From an uncultured Verrucomicrobiae bacterium (lineage in GTDB: Bacteria > Verrucomicrobiota > Verrucomicrobiia > Limisphaerales > Palsa-1400), in contig OY969763.1 of assembly GCA_963702845.1 (NCBI GenBank), positions 3,680,001-3,744,000 on the forward strand: 64,000 bases of DNA. Reading direction: 5' to 3'. The first letter of the stretch is position 1. Every line of letters starts with the position of its first letter. The notes under the pieces were generated by a model. The model saw nothing but the letters and a program-made list of their open reading frames with translations. It was not told where the DNA came from and ran no database searches. This document shows, one piece after another, positions 9,334 to 19,238 of this stretch. A program made the translations under genes and the position numbers.

Positions 9334-10746
9334 TTACCGCGCGCCTTTGCCAAGCAATACTACCGGCACAGTGCGGCACAGAATCTTACAATCCAACCAC
9401 AGCGACCAATTATCAATGTATTCGAGGTCCAATCGCACCCATTCCCGGAAATCACACAAGTCGCTCCGCCCGCTGATTTGCCACAGGCACGTTAGCCCGG
9501 GCTTCACGCTCAAACGACGACGATGCGCCAAGTCATCAAACCGCGCCACTTCATCCACCGGCAACGGTCGCGGCCCGACCAAGCTCATCTCACCACGCAG
9601 CACGTTGAGCAACTGCGGAAACTCATCAATCGAGAACTTCCGCAACCACGTCCCGACCTTCGTCACGCGCGGATCGTTCGTCACTTTGAACACCGGCCCC
9701 GACATTTCATTGAGCGCGGCCAATTCCTGTTTGCGTTGTTCTGCGTCAGTCCCCATCGACCGAAATTTATACATCGTGAACGGCTTGCCATTCACTCCGC
9801 TACGTTGCTGCCGGAAAAAGATCGGACCCGGAGACGTCAACCTGACCGCAATCGCGGCACCAATCAGCACCGGCGAAAAAATCAAAAGCAACAGCGACGC
9901 GCCAAAGAAATCCAGCGTCTGCTTCACCAGCTTGCGCCATGGCGTCTCGCGATTCGAGTGAAACACCAACACTGGTTTGCCATAGAACTCATCCAAACTC
10001 GTCTGCGAAATCTGCGTCTTGAAAAAGTCCGCCACCAGCCACGCCTCTACGCCTTCCAACTCACATGCTTGAATCGTTTTTTCGATCGTGCCGAACAACG
10101 TGTTTTGCGCACTGATAATCACGCCATTGACCGAATGCTTGTGCAAGAAGGTCACCAGTTCGTCCAGAGGCGCTTCGTTCAAATCAAACTCTGCAACCAC
10201 ATCCAATTCGTCCGACGCTTTGCCGATCTCTTTGCGCAAACGTTGCGTGTCGCTCCTCGTGCCCACCAAAATCACACGCCGACGCATTTGCGCCTGGCCG
10301 AATTTCGTCCGATAGACGACGCGCAGCAGTTCTTCCTTCAAAGAAATCGCCACAAAGCTGATCACACCCAACATAACGACAACACCGCGCGCGACTTCGA
10401 GGTGAATCATGTAAAGCACCAGAATCAACCCGATAACGTTGACCGCGCATGCCTTGGCCAGTTGCCAAAACATTTCGCGATGCGTCCCCAGAATTGGCCG
10501 CTTATAAAACCCTTGCGCCTCCAACGCCAGCGGCGCCAGAGGAATGATCACCAGAAACAAAAGGAAATAACCCTGGAAAAACGGCTGAATCGGATCCATC
10601 AGGAAATGAACCCCACCCACCGAAACGCCCAGGCTCTTGTTGAAATGAAAACGCAGCCAATGCGCCACCCAAAGAGAGAGTGCGCAAAGTGCCCCATCCA
10701 AAAACTGCAGAATCTGGGTTCTTAACTGACGTTGACGACGTAACAT
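9334..10746 (-). CDS. Polyprenyl glycosylphosphotransferase (WcaJ/WbaP-type priming sugar transferase)
   Basis: N-terminal TMs; C-terminal KFRSM, DPRVTKVG, SIDEFPQ, GEMSLVGPRP, KPGLT, LDLEYI. Confidence 0.92.
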   Translation of the reverse strand: MLRRQRQLRTQILQFLDGALCALSLWVAHWLRFHFNKSLGVSVGGVHFLMDPIQPFFQGYFLLFLVIIPLAPLALEAQGFYKRPILGTHREMFWQLAKACAVNVIGLILVLYMIHLEVARGVVVMLGVISFVAISLKEELLRVVYRTKFGQAQMRRRVILVGTRSDTQRLRKEIGKASDELDVVAEFDLNEAPLDELVTFLHKHSVNGVIISAQNTLFGTIEKTIQACELEGVEAWLVADFFKTQISQTSLDEFYGKPVLVFHSNRETPWRKLVKQTLDFFGASLLLLIFSPVLIGAAIAVRLTSPGPIFFRQQRSGVNGKPFTMYKFRSMGTDAEQRKQELAALNEMSGPVFKVTNDPRVTKVGTWLRKFSIDEFPQLLNVLRGEMSLVGPRPLPVDEVARFDDLAHRRRLSVKPGLTCLWQISGRSDLCDFREWVRLDLEYIDNWSLWLDCKILCRTVPVVLLGKGAR

Positions 10747-10763
10747 TCCTTTAAAGAGTCGCC

Positions 10764-10793
10764 ATTATAATCGCGAATGAACATCAAAAGCAA
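10764..10793 (-). promoter_or_regulatory. Putative sigma70 promoter of the sugar transferase operon
   Basis: TTGCTT-18 nt-TATAAT on the minus strand, 17 nt upstream of the ATG at 10746. Confidence 0.55.
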
Positions 10794-10867
10794 ACTTTTG
10801 GGCTCGTTTCGTGGTAGTGGTATTACTTACGTCGCAATAGGCAAGCGCGACGGAAGCAGCCGTGCTT

Positions 10868-11443
10868 TTACTCCCGTTCGCCGTACAACCATCGTTCCAT
10901 CAGCTTAGTGTAATGCGGCATAATGACATACGTCATCAACCAGCAGATCGCGATCGTGCCCACGAGCGTCGACAATAAGCGAAGTTCCCCAAGTCCGACC
11001 AACCGCATCGCCGGATTTACGGCCATCGGCACCAAAAAAACCAACGGATAAATTGCAGTGCACGTCAGCAAAAACTGCTTCCATTTTGCCGGCACTCTCA
11101 CCTTGTCGTTCGATGGAGTGAACCAAAAATCCAATCCGCTCCGGATTGCATAATTGTCATCGTGCGACATCCAGGGCCGCGCCTTTTCAATCAAGCGCCG
11201 CCGATCGGCTGACTCAATCCAATTGCGAAGATTGTCGATCGTATCGAAGCGAATGACGAACGTGTATGCTCTCGTCACTCCGGCGATCGGTCGAATGACT
11301 TGCGAATCGAGAAATCCGACATACGACCGGCAAATCGGCTGAATCTCTTTTAGCCAATTTTCGTAATCTTCGGTGTGACCGTGCCGCACGTGGGCGGTGA
11401 TAACAGCCGTTGCGCCGTTGAATTTGTCGCTGGGATTGCTCAC
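10868..11443 (-). CDS. Antibiotic biosynthesis monooxygenase (ABM) domain membrane protein
   Basis: V..G..E.YE.W, FVIRFDT..NL..W..S..R, SGLDFWF, PAKWKQ followed by two TMs. Confidence 0.85.
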   Translation of the reverse strand: MSNPSDKFNGATAVITAHVRHGHTEDYENWLKEIQPICRSYVGFLDSQVIRPIAGVTRAYTFVIRFDTIDNLRNWIESADRRRLIEKARPWMSHDDNYAIRSGLDFWFTPSNDKVRVPAKWKQFLLTCTAIYPLVFLVPMAVNPAMRLVGLGELRLLSTLVGTIAICWLMTYVIMPHYTKLMERWLYGERE

Positions 11444-11463
11444 TTATCGTTTTTTATCCAATA

Positions 11464-12888
11464 CTACTGCAATATTTTCCCCGGCGGAATTTTCTGCAAC
11501 AACCCGTGCATTTCAGCAACTGTGCTCGCGAACTTCGGGTCCTTGGCAAGATTGTGATATTCCTTCGGATCATTTTTTTGATCGTAAAGCTCTTTGCCTT
11601 CAACACCGTTATCTCCCCATTCGCTGTAGCGATATTTTTCGGTGCGAACAGAGTGGGCCATCAAATCATGACCGTTTTTGCGCGCATTGCGATGGGTCTG
11701 CGTGTAAGCGGGTAAATTCCATTTCGCTTTCGGATCTTGCAACAGCGGCCGCAGCGTCGTGCCTTCCAGATTGCTCGGCGGCGTCAGACCGCACAAGTCA
11801 GCTAAGGTCGGATACAAATCAAGCAACTCGACGGGTTGGAAGCACGGCTGCCCATTCCCTTTCGCGCCAGGCCAGCGAACCATGCAAACAACGCGCGCGG
11901 ATTCCTCGAAGAGCAATTGCTTCTGCCATTGCCCGTGTTCGCCCAGGCACCAGCCGTGATCGCTCCACACCACCACGATCGTATTCTCGTCGAGGCCATT
12001 TTTATGAAGCGCGTCGAGGACTTTTCCAAATTGCGCATCGACGAAACTGGTCGCCGCAAAATAAGCGCGCTTGAACTCGCGCAATTTTTCCGAGGGCAAT
12101 CCGAAGTTCGGCGGATTCACGGTCAGCGCGACCGGCGGGATGCCTTTCATGTGGTCTGGTTCTTTGGGCAACTGAATCTCGTCCATCGGATACATATCGA
12201 ACCATTTCTTGATGGCGATATCGGGAACGTGCGGACGATAAAAACCGCAGCCGATAAAGAACGGCTTGCCCTTGTTCTCCTCGATCATCTTGATCGTTTC
12301 GGACGCGACTTTGCCGTCGGTTTGGTCTTCGTCGCCGCCGCGCTTCATCTGCATCCAGCAAAGCGTGCCGCCCTTGTTTTTATTGGCGACCGTCATGATG
12401 ACTTCGTTTTCATCCTCGCGATCGAGTCCGCTCGGATTCACGACTCGGTTCCAGGACGGCGGATCATCGATGCCGCTGGTGCCAATTTGTCCAGGCACAC
12501 CGTAGTGATACATTTTGCCGACGCGCCCGGAGAAATAGCCGTTGGTCCGGAACATCAGCGGCAACGTGACGATGTTTGGATAATAATGGCGGATCGGCGT
12601 GCTCATGCTGTTGCCGTATAGCTTGGTCGTGTCCGGGCGCAACCCGGTCATGATCGAACAGCGGCTCGGGCCGCAGAGCGGGAATTGGCAGTAGGCTCGA
12701 TCGAATCGCACAGCCGTCTGCGCGAACTTATCGAGGTTCGGTGATTTGACCTGTTTATTGCCATAGCAACCCAGACAACAGGTCAGGTCATCAATGGCAA
12801 TGAACAGAACGTTAGTATGCGTGGATGCGGTCGCAACTTGTGCGAACACACAAAGCGCCGTCAAACAGAGCAGCAGTTTAGTTTTCAT
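11464..12888 (-). CDS. Exported Cys-type sulfatase (iduronate/choline-sulfatase-like)
   Basis: Signal peptide, NVLFIAIDD, CGPSR formylglycine motif, GKMYH, RPHVP, SDHG. Confidence 0.92.
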   Translation of the reverse strand: MKTKLLLCLTALCVFAQVATASTHTNVLFIAIDDLTCCLGCYGNKQVKSPNLDKFAQTAVRFDRAYCQFPLCGPSRCSIMTGLRPDTTKLYGNSMSTPIRHYYPNIVTLPLMFRTNGYFSGRVGKMYHYGVPGQIGTSGIDDPPSWNRVVNPSGLDREDENEVIMTVANKNKGGTLCWMQMKRGGDEDQTDGKVASETIKMIEENKGKPFFIGCGFYRPHVPDIAIKKWFDMYPMDEIQLPKEPDHMKGIPPVALTVNPPNFGLPSEKLREFKRAYFAATSFVDAQFGKVLDALHKNGLDENTIVVVWSDHGWCLGEHGQWQKQLLFEESARVVCMVRWPGAKGNGQPCFQPVELLDLYPTLADLCGLTPPSNLEGTTLRPLLQDPKAKWNLPAYTQTHRNARKNGHDLMAHSVRTEKYRYSEWGDNGVEGKELYDQKNDPKEYHNLAKDPKFASTVAEMHGLLQKIPPGKILQ

Positions 12889-12902
12889 AGAGGGGTGGTT
12901 GG

Positions 12903-14393
12903 TTAATCAACATCTTCGTCGAGTTTGACCGATGCCGATTGCACCGGGCGTTTCTTTTTATTCGGCCGTGTGACCTTTTGGCCGGCTTTCCAATCGGGAT
13001 TAATGGTCGGCATGACCGCGCCGACGTCTTTGCGCCATTGGTTGAGTTGCGCCTGAAGTTTCGCCAGTTTCTTCGGATTGGCCGAAGCGAGATCGTGCAT
13101 TTCGCCGACGTCATCTTTCAAATTGAACAGCTCAGTGCGTTGAGAATCCAACCACTCGATCAACTTCCAATCACCAACTCGAATCGCACTGCCGGGCTGA
13201 CCGCCCTGATTGCCGTAATGTGGGTAATGCCAGAACAATGGCCGACTCGCGATGGAGCGGCCTTTGAGCAACGGAGTCAGATCAATACCGTCGCGATGTT
13301 GTTGCGGAAGTTTCGGCGCACTTGCCGCAGTGAGCAGCGTTGGATAAAAATCCATGGTGATGACCGGCGTGTTGCATTGCGAATTGGCTTTCGTCACCCC
13401 CGGCCATTTTACGAGCAGCGCTTCGCGAATGCCGCCTTCGTAGAGCCAACCTTTCCCCGCGCGGTATGGGAAATTGGATGTCGGACCGTTCTTGCCGGTG
13501 GATAAACCGCCGTTGTCACTGGTGAGAATTATCAGCGTGTTTTTGTCGAGGCCAAGTTGCTCGAGTTTCTTCAAGACGCGGCCGACACTGTCATCCAAGC
13601 TCTCAACCATCGCCCCATAAACGGCATGGTTCTGGACGCGACGATCGACGGTCTTTGCTTCCTTACGCCATTCAACCGAATCCGCCGGCGCCAATTTCGC
13701 AGCCTTCACTTCATATTTTTTGACCATGTCCTGCTTCGCTTGCAAGGGTGTGTGGACGGCATAGGTGCAGAAATTCAAATAGAACGGATGATCTTTATTC
13801 GCATCGATGAACTTCTCACACTCGGTCGCGAGCCGGTCGGTGAGATATTCGCCGACAGGTCCATCTGGCAGAGTTTCAATTTTATAGGGGCTGAAATACG
13901 ACGGAGGATGTCCCTTGGCGCAACCGCCGACATTGACGTCGAAGCCTTGTTGCTCGGGCATGAAACCTTCGCCACCGAGATGCCATTTGCCAATGTGGCA
14001 GGTGACGTAGCCGGCTTTCTTGAGCGACTCGGCGATGGTGACTTCTTCCAATGCGAGATGGTTCGCGTTCGGCGCGGGCAACAATCGAGCTTTCGCGGAG
14101 CCGCCAATGTAGTCGGTGATGCCCGTGCGTGGCGGATACTTGCCGGTCATCAGCGCGGCGCGTGTTGGCGAACAAACCGGGCACGCTGCGTAGGCTTGAT
14201 TGAAACGCATCGACTGGGTCGCGAGTCGATCAATGTTCGGTGTCTGGTAAAACGTGCTGCCGGTGTAACCGAGATCACAAACGCCGAGGTCATCGGCAAG
14301 AATGACAATGATATTCGGCTTGGACTCAGCAGCCCGGACCTGCGCCATTGCTGCAACGATGCAAAAGGCAATGAGCAGGGATTTTGATTTCAT
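12903..14393 (-). CDS. Exported Cys-type sulfatase (arylsulfatase A/GALNS-like)
   Basis: Signal peptide, PNIIVILADD, CSPTR, GKWHLG, SDNGG, GKGWLYEGG. Confidence 0.92.
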   Translation of the reverse strand: MKSKSLLIAFCIVAAMAQVRAAESKPNIIVILADDLGVCDLGYTGSTFYQTPNIDRLATQSMRFNQAYAACPVCSPTRAALMTGKYPPRTGITDYIGGSAKARLLPAPNANHLALEEVTIAESLKKAGYVTCHIGKWHLGGEGFMPEQQGFDVNVGGCAKGHPPSYFSPYKIETLPDGPVGEYLTDRLATECEKFIDANKDHPFYLNFCTYAVHTPLQAKQDMVKKYEVKAAKLAPADSVEWRKEAKTVDRRVQNHAVYGAMVESLDDSVGRVLKKLEQLGLDKNTLIILTSDNGGLSTGKNGPTSNFPYRAGKGWLYEGGIREALLVKWPGVTKANSQCNTPVITMDFYPTLLTAASAPKLPQQHRDGIDLTPLLKGRSIASRPLFWHYPHYGNQGGQPGSAIRVGDWKLIEWLDSQRTELFNLKDDVGEMHDLASANPKKLAKLQAQLNQWRKDVGAVMPTINPDWKAGQKVTRPNKKKRPVQSASVKLDEDVD

Positions 14394-14443
14394 GGTTGCG
14401 GGTTGCGGTTGGCCAATAATTACAGATCACAGATTACAAAAGA

Positions 14444-15148
14444 TCATTTAACGGCGGCGCTTTCTTTCGGACGATTTGCTGCGATCTCGGTTTTCACTTC
14501 TGAAAGGTCTTTTTCGAAATCAGGCAGCTTGTGCAACTCGGCGACTATCGCCTGCGCGAGGACACGTCCGGCGACGACGTCGGTGTAGAAGTGTTTACCA
14601 ATGAGGACGCGATCCCAGCCAATGTCGCGGCCCATTTGGAGAACGGCTTCTTTTTTGTCGGGGAAGAGTTCGGCGAGGAGCAGCGCTGTGACGGTGCCGC
14701 GAACGGAGTGGCCGCTCGGGTAACTTTTGCTTGGTTCCGGTTTGCCAAGGGAGAGCGCGGGGTCAATCTGGTATGGGCGCAACCGGCCGAAGTTGTCTTT
14801 CGGCGTGTTGATCGTGGTGGAAATGTTGGTCTTCACGCATGCGAACAGCGTTTCCATTTTCGGGAATTTGCCTTTCTTGAAGAACGGGCCGATGACTGGC
14901 TCGAAATTCCAGAGTGAGAGGTTTGCGTCATGCTGGGCTCGTTTCAGTTCGGCATCGGTGCGGGCATGGAAGACGGCGCGGGATTCGGCCAAATCGGCTT
15001 TGTGCTCCGGCGTGCCGGGGACTGGAGGCGGAGCCAATAAGTGAATTCCGTCGGGATGGTTGGCGGGCAGAATGAAATCAGCGCGGGCTGCAACAGCAGC
15101 GACGAAGGTGGCCGTGACGATAGTTGTAAATCTAAAAAAACAATTCAT
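14444..15148 (-). CDS. PAP2-family class A acid phosphatase
   Basis: K....RLRP, SYPSGH, R....KHFYTD motifs; signal peptide from MNCFF at 15148. Confidence 0.88.
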   Translation of the reverse strand: MNCFFRFTTIVTATFVAAVAARADFILPANHPDGIHLLAPPPVPGTPEHKADLAESRAVFHARTDAELKRAQHDANLSLWNFEPVIGPFFKKGKFPKMETLFACVKTNISTTINTPKDNFGRLRPYQIDPALSLGKPEPSKSYPSGHSVRGTVTALLLAELFPDKKEAVLQMGRDIGWDRVLIGKHFYTDVVAGRVLAQAIVAELHKLPDFEKDLSEVKTEIAANRPKESAAVK

Positions 15149-15316
15149 TAGCTTTGAGGTCGTATTGTAATGCTGTTTATGGAGACGCACGCAATGAATT
15201 TTGGTTTCAGGTTTTTGAAACGAGCGTCGATCTGACCCGTAGCGAAGGTTTGCGATGGGTTTGCTGAGACCGATCACGCCGAGGACGACCAATTTTGTTG
15301 ATAAATAAGTGCCCGA

Positions 15317-15940
15317 CTAACCCGAGGAAATCCGGTAGGCCACGCTGACGCTCACTACCACGGAAATGATGCTCATGAGCGGAAATTCTCCATACATCAG
15401 ATACAACGTGCCGACGACGGAAATAAGAGCGATGGCGCCCGTAATGAAACCCAATGTCGATTCCGTACCGCGCGCCAACAGCTTCGCGAGATATCCAGTC
15501 ATGGCACCAATCCCAACACCAAGTAATGGGAATCGAAAACCTACCAGGGCAAAGAATCCATACATGGCACCACTGCCGATAGCCGCACCAATCAACGCTC
15601 CTGCAATCCCGCGTCCGAGACTAAACTCAGTGCTGCTGCTGCTTGTCGGCGGAGCCTGTTTGATTGCCGACGCTACAGGGTCCGTGATCAGCGCCGCGGT
15701 CGCAACTGGCGGAGCCGCCGCCGGGGCTGGCGCTGCAACGGGTGCCATCCGCAATCTGGTGACTGGCGCTGACGGTGGAGCTTGCGCTGCCAAAGTTTGT
15801 GAAAGGATCTGGTTTGCGACGGGTGTGCCATCGATGCCACAAACCGGACAGGCAATGGCGGTTGCCATCTGGCCGTTGACTGGCTCCACGTCGAACTCGT
15901 ATTTCTGACCACAACCACACTGTATTTTTACGGGTATCAT
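15317..15940 (-). CDS. Zn-ribbon plus Pro/Ala linker plus TM hypothetical protein
   Basis: CGCG...CPVCG, low-complexity linker, about four hydrophobic helices. Confidence 0.75.
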   Translation of the reverse strand: MIPVKIQCGCGQKYEFDVEPVNGQMATAIACPVCGIDGTPVANQILSQTLAAQAPPSAPVTRLRMAPVAAPAPAAAPPVATAALITDPVASAIKQAPPTSSSSTEFSLGRGIAGALIGAAIGSGAMYGFFALVGFRFPLLGVGIGAMTGYLAKLLARGTESTLGFITGAIALISVVGTLYLMYGEFPLMSIISVVVSVSVAYRISSG

Positions 15941-16050
15941 GGTAAAGCGGTGACAAGAGAATACAGAAACGATTGAAAATGCCAAGAGTCCCGATGCATC
16001 GGGATTGGCTGGAGCGCTCTGGTTACGGCCGAGTTCGCATGGTTAGGCAA

Positions 16051-16851
16051 TTACTCATTTGCCGGAAGAATTTTCATTTGGGAAAGGATGGACTCAGTAA
16101 TCTTGCGAGCGGTGCGTCCAGATGGGTTATCGCCGCCTGTGATGCGGGTGGCGAAGATATAATCACCCGATGGTGTGGAGACACTCCCGACGAACCAACC
16201 GAGTGTCGCGACATCTTTGTTCGCGTCGCCAGCGGTGCCCGTCTTGCCGCGGAATATCGTCCAGCCGGTGCGCGAGAGGGTCAGGATGTCGAGCACCGTG
16301 TTCATGGCCTTATCGGAGAAGGGCAGCTTGCGAGCGTGAAGGCGGCGCAGAAATTCCACCTGCTCGTCGGGCGAAATCATCAAAGAACTCTCGAGCCAAA
16401 ATTGTGTCACGCCGCCAGTCACATCGGCGTTTCCGTAACCGACTTTTGGCAGGATTTGCTTGTAGCGTTCGAGCCCCACGCGCGTTGCCAACGCCTGAAA
16501 ATACCAGACGCAGGAAACGGAAAATGCGCTGCGCAGGGTCTGATCGTGGTTCCAGGGTTCGACAGGGTAGTGAGTGCCATTCCAAGGGAGGCTGAAATCA
16601 GGGCCGCTGGCCACGCCAGTCTCGAGAGCGATCAACGAGTTGAGCACCTTGAAAGTCGAGCAGGGCGTTGTGCGGACCCGGCATTGTTCCGGATGGAAGC
16701 GCAGCCAATGCTGGTGCACACCATCGTAGAGGACGAACGCACCTGAGTAAGAACCAAAGTTGGCCGAAAAATCGCGCTCCTCGGCAGCCGCTGCCGTGAG
16801 CGTGGAGGGGAACAGCGAAATCAACACGTAAAGAAGAAGTGTCGATTTCAC
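16051..16851 (-). CDS. Class D (OXA-like) serine beta-lactamase
   Basis: Signal peptide with PCSTFK (SxxK), SCV (SxV), YGN, FWLES, KTG and GWFVG; no BlaR1 TM/protease domain. Confidence 0.9.
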   Translation of the reverse strand: MKSTLLLYVLISLFPSTLTAAAAEERDFSANFGSYSGAFVLYDGVHQHWLRFHPEQCRVRTTPCSTFKVLNSLIALETGVASGPDFSLPWNGTHYPVEPWNHDQTLRSAFSVSCVWYFQALATRVGLERYKQILPKVGYGNADVTGGVTQFWLESSLMISPDEQVEFLRRLHARKLPFSDKAMNTVLDILTLSRTGWTIFRGKTGTAGDANKDVATLGWFVGSVSTPSGDYIFATRITGGDNPSGRTARKITESILSQMKILPANE

Positions 16852-16870
16852 GAGATGTATTTCAAGTGGC

Positions 16871-18481
16871 CTATTCCCAATGGCAAAGCCATCCGCGCGC
16901 GGGGATGTTGAGCGACTTTCCGTTGAGGACGACGTCGACGGGTTTGTCGTTGAAGTTTTCGACGACCCAGCCGTTTGGCTCGAATAAATATAGCGACACC
17001 ATGTCAGGGGCGTGGAAGGTCACGTTGAAGGGCGCGAGCAACTTGTCGCGAATCGGGTCGAGGTTCTGCTCGGGCTGAACCAACATATAATCGAGGCGTT
17101 CGGGAAGCGTGATCACGAGAACGTTCGCCGCATTGACGTTGACGGAATTGCCGAGCATCGATGCCAAATTGCGCGTCAGCAAGACGGGTCGGCCGGTTCG
17201 GATGTAGTCGTTTAGCTCGTCATAAATATTTACGTCGTGCATCGCGTGCAGGGTGAACAATGCGGCGGGTGCGTTCGTTGGGAATTGGTGGCACGGTACC
17301 AGCGGCAAACCGATCATCCCCATGAAATCGAAAATCCGCCATTCCGGCCCTGAGGGACTGCTGATGGGTTTGTATGCGGCGATTCCAATCGGTCGCCGCT
17401 TTTGCACTTCGCGCGACGTGGCAAGCAGTTCGGGAATATTCGTGCGCAACGCGGCCACGTCGGCCCTGCCGGTATCGGTCGGCCACGGAACGGAATCCGG
17501 CAGCTTCGTATTTGCGTCGGGATTCAAACCACCGTAGCAGAAGAGCAAACTCTCCTTTGCCCCGGCCAGAACGGTTTGTCGCGCCTGCTCAATATATGCA
17601 GGCGGCGTGGTCCCGAGCCAATCGTACCAACCGCCGCCGCATTTTTCGCCGCCAACTTCCCCAAGCCAGCGCATCAGAAAATAGCCTTCATACTGCGCCG
17701 TGCCGCCCCAGTGTTCCTGGTTCGTGTAATCGCGCGTTTCGGTGCCGACCCAAATTTTATCGAACGCTGCCGTTTCACGCGCGACATCGTATCCGCGCTC
17801 CTGATAGGCATCGTACCACTGCGGATATTTGATGATGACTTTAACGTTCGGATTAATTTTTTTGGCAGGCCCAAGCACGCGGTCCTGGGAGATATGCACC
17901 ATGAGCGTGCAATGATAATTGGTCCATGTGTTGTCGGAGAGCGGATAGGTTTTGTCGCCGACCGTTACCACCTTTGCCTTTCGCGCCGCGTCGCACTGTT
18001 CGCATTGGCAATCTTCCAGGAAAAAATCGTCGATCATGATTTCATCGAAAATCCCCGCCGCATATTCGAATACCAATTGCAGCTTCATCTGCGTCGGTTC
18101 ATCGGTGTAACAACTGGACAGCGGGCCCCACCCTGTCGACGGCTTGCCAATGTGGGTTGTCGTCACACAACCAGAAACGAGAAAGCCTTCCGAACGAAAC
18201 CGATCGCGCGCACGCGTCAGCGTATCGCGATTTGCCTGGTAGGCGTCGCGAACTGTTTCGAGATAAACATGCGTGATGCCGTTGGTCTTGCACCAACCGA
18301 CGGCATCGTTAAGGCCGTTCGAGGACGTCAGCGCATCGCGAACATCCTGGGCAATGAACAAGGTGGAGAAGCGATGGGTCGCCGCCGATTCGTTCGCGAC
18401 CTGCGACAAACTTTTCTCCGGGGTGCAACCAACTGCGACAAGGAGCGCGATGATCGAAGCGATGATGAAAAGGTTGCGCAT
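16871..18481 (-). CDS. Lipoprotein, putative glycoside-hydrolase-like TIM barrel
   Basis: Lipobox LLVAVGC after MRNLF; EIMIDDF, CQCEQC, IIKYPQWYD, WVGTETR. Confidence 0.7.
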   Translation of the reverse strand: MRNLFIIASIIALLVAVGCTPEKSLSQVANESAATHRFSTLFIAQDVRDALTSSNGLNDAVGWCKTNGITHVYLETVRDAYQANRDTLTRARDRFRSEGFLVSGCVTTTHIGKPSTGWGPLSSCYTDEPTQMKLQLVFEYAAGIFDEIMIDDFFLEDCQCEQCDAARKAKVVTVGDKTYPLSDNTWTNYHCTLMVHISQDRVLGPAKKINPNVKVIIKYPQWYDAYQERGYDVARETAAFDKIWVGTETRDYTNQEHWGGTAQYEGYFLMRWLGEVGGEKCGGGWYDWLGTTPPAYIEQARQTVLAGAKESLLFCYGGLNPDANTKLPDSVPWPTDTGRADVAALRTNIPELLATSREVQKRRPIGIAAYKPISSPSGPEWRIFDFMGMIGLPLVPCHQFPTNAPAALFTLHAMHDVNIYDELNDYIRTGRPVLLTRNLASMLGNSVNVNAANVLVITLPERLDYMLVQPEQNLDPIRDKLLAPFNVTFHAPDMVSLYLFEPNGWVVENFNDKPVDVVLNGKSLNIPARGWLCHWE

Positions 18482-18664
18482 GTCAGAGCGTTTGTCCGCC
18501 CAGTTTACTGTCGCCACCGAACCGCATTCAAGCCCTCGTTGACCAACTCTGTTGCCATTCGGTATGACGGAAGTGTCATGGAACATTCACACGCTTGTCA
18601 CGTCTGCATGGCAGCATCACGGCGTTCTGTTAATTAAAAATCAAAAATAAACTATCGCAAACCA

Positions 18665-19051
18665 ATGAACTTGAAAAAAATTACAGCCGTTATCGTCGCT
18701 CTTGGTATCTCCTTGTGCGTCACCAAATCGTTCGCCGCCGACATTATCGCCAAACCTAAATTGACCGAGGCACAAGCTGGCAAACTCGCGCTGAAAAAAG
18801 TCCCGCATGGCAAACTGGGCGAAGGCGAGCTCGAAATGGAAAACGGCATTCTCGTATATTCCTTCGACATTTCCCTGCCCGATTCCAAGAGCATCGTGGA
18901 AGTCCAGGTCAACGCTGTGACCGGTTCAATTGTCGATGTCGCCGTCGAAGGCCCGGCTGAACAGGCCAAGGAAGCCGCCGAAGATAAAAAAGCCGAAGCC
19001 GCCGAAAAGGGAGAAAAAGGTGAAAAGGCCGAAGGCAAAGAGAAAGAATAG
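18665..19051 (+). CDS. PepSY domain exported protein
   Basis: Signal peptide; A...AL..VP.G....ELE.ENG.LVY...EV.VNA.TG.I; Lys/Glu tail. Confidence 0.85.
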   Translation: MNLKKITAVIVALGISLCVTKSFAADIIAKPKLTEAQAGKLALKKVPHGKLGEGELEMENGILVYSFDISLPDSKSIVEVQVNAVTGSIVDVAVEGPAEQAKEAAEDKKAEAAEKGEKGEKAEGKEKE

Positions 19052-19099
19052 GCACGCTATTATTGCGCGAGTCTCCATCGCGCTGATCATTTATTCACG

Positions 19100-19135
19100 C
19101 CGCCCTGAGTTCACCAACTCAGGGCGGTCGTTTTT
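19100..19135 (+). terminator. Rho-independent terminator
   Basis: CCGCCCTGAGTT-CACC-AACTCAGGGCGG followed by TCGTTTTT. Confidence 0.75.
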
Positions 19136-19238
19136 CGGCGACAACGCCAACTGATCCCGGCGAGACGCCTGTCCTACCAAATACGGGACGATTTGCGCGT
19201 TTGACTTGCGTCGGGCGGACACTTTAAGTTTGTCAATA

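Noticed and set aside
9523..10725. Long plus-strand ORF (400 aa) and similar ORFs at 17402-18637, 51406-52461, 8016-8858 and 13557-14387
   Set aside because: Antisense shadows of well-supported genes in GC-rich DNA, with no recognisable motifs.
15149..15316. c-di-GMP riboswitch or Pho box upstream of the PAP2 phosphatase
   Set aside because: GCAAAC-like words occur, but the required stems and second motif are missing, and the direct repeats are too weak.
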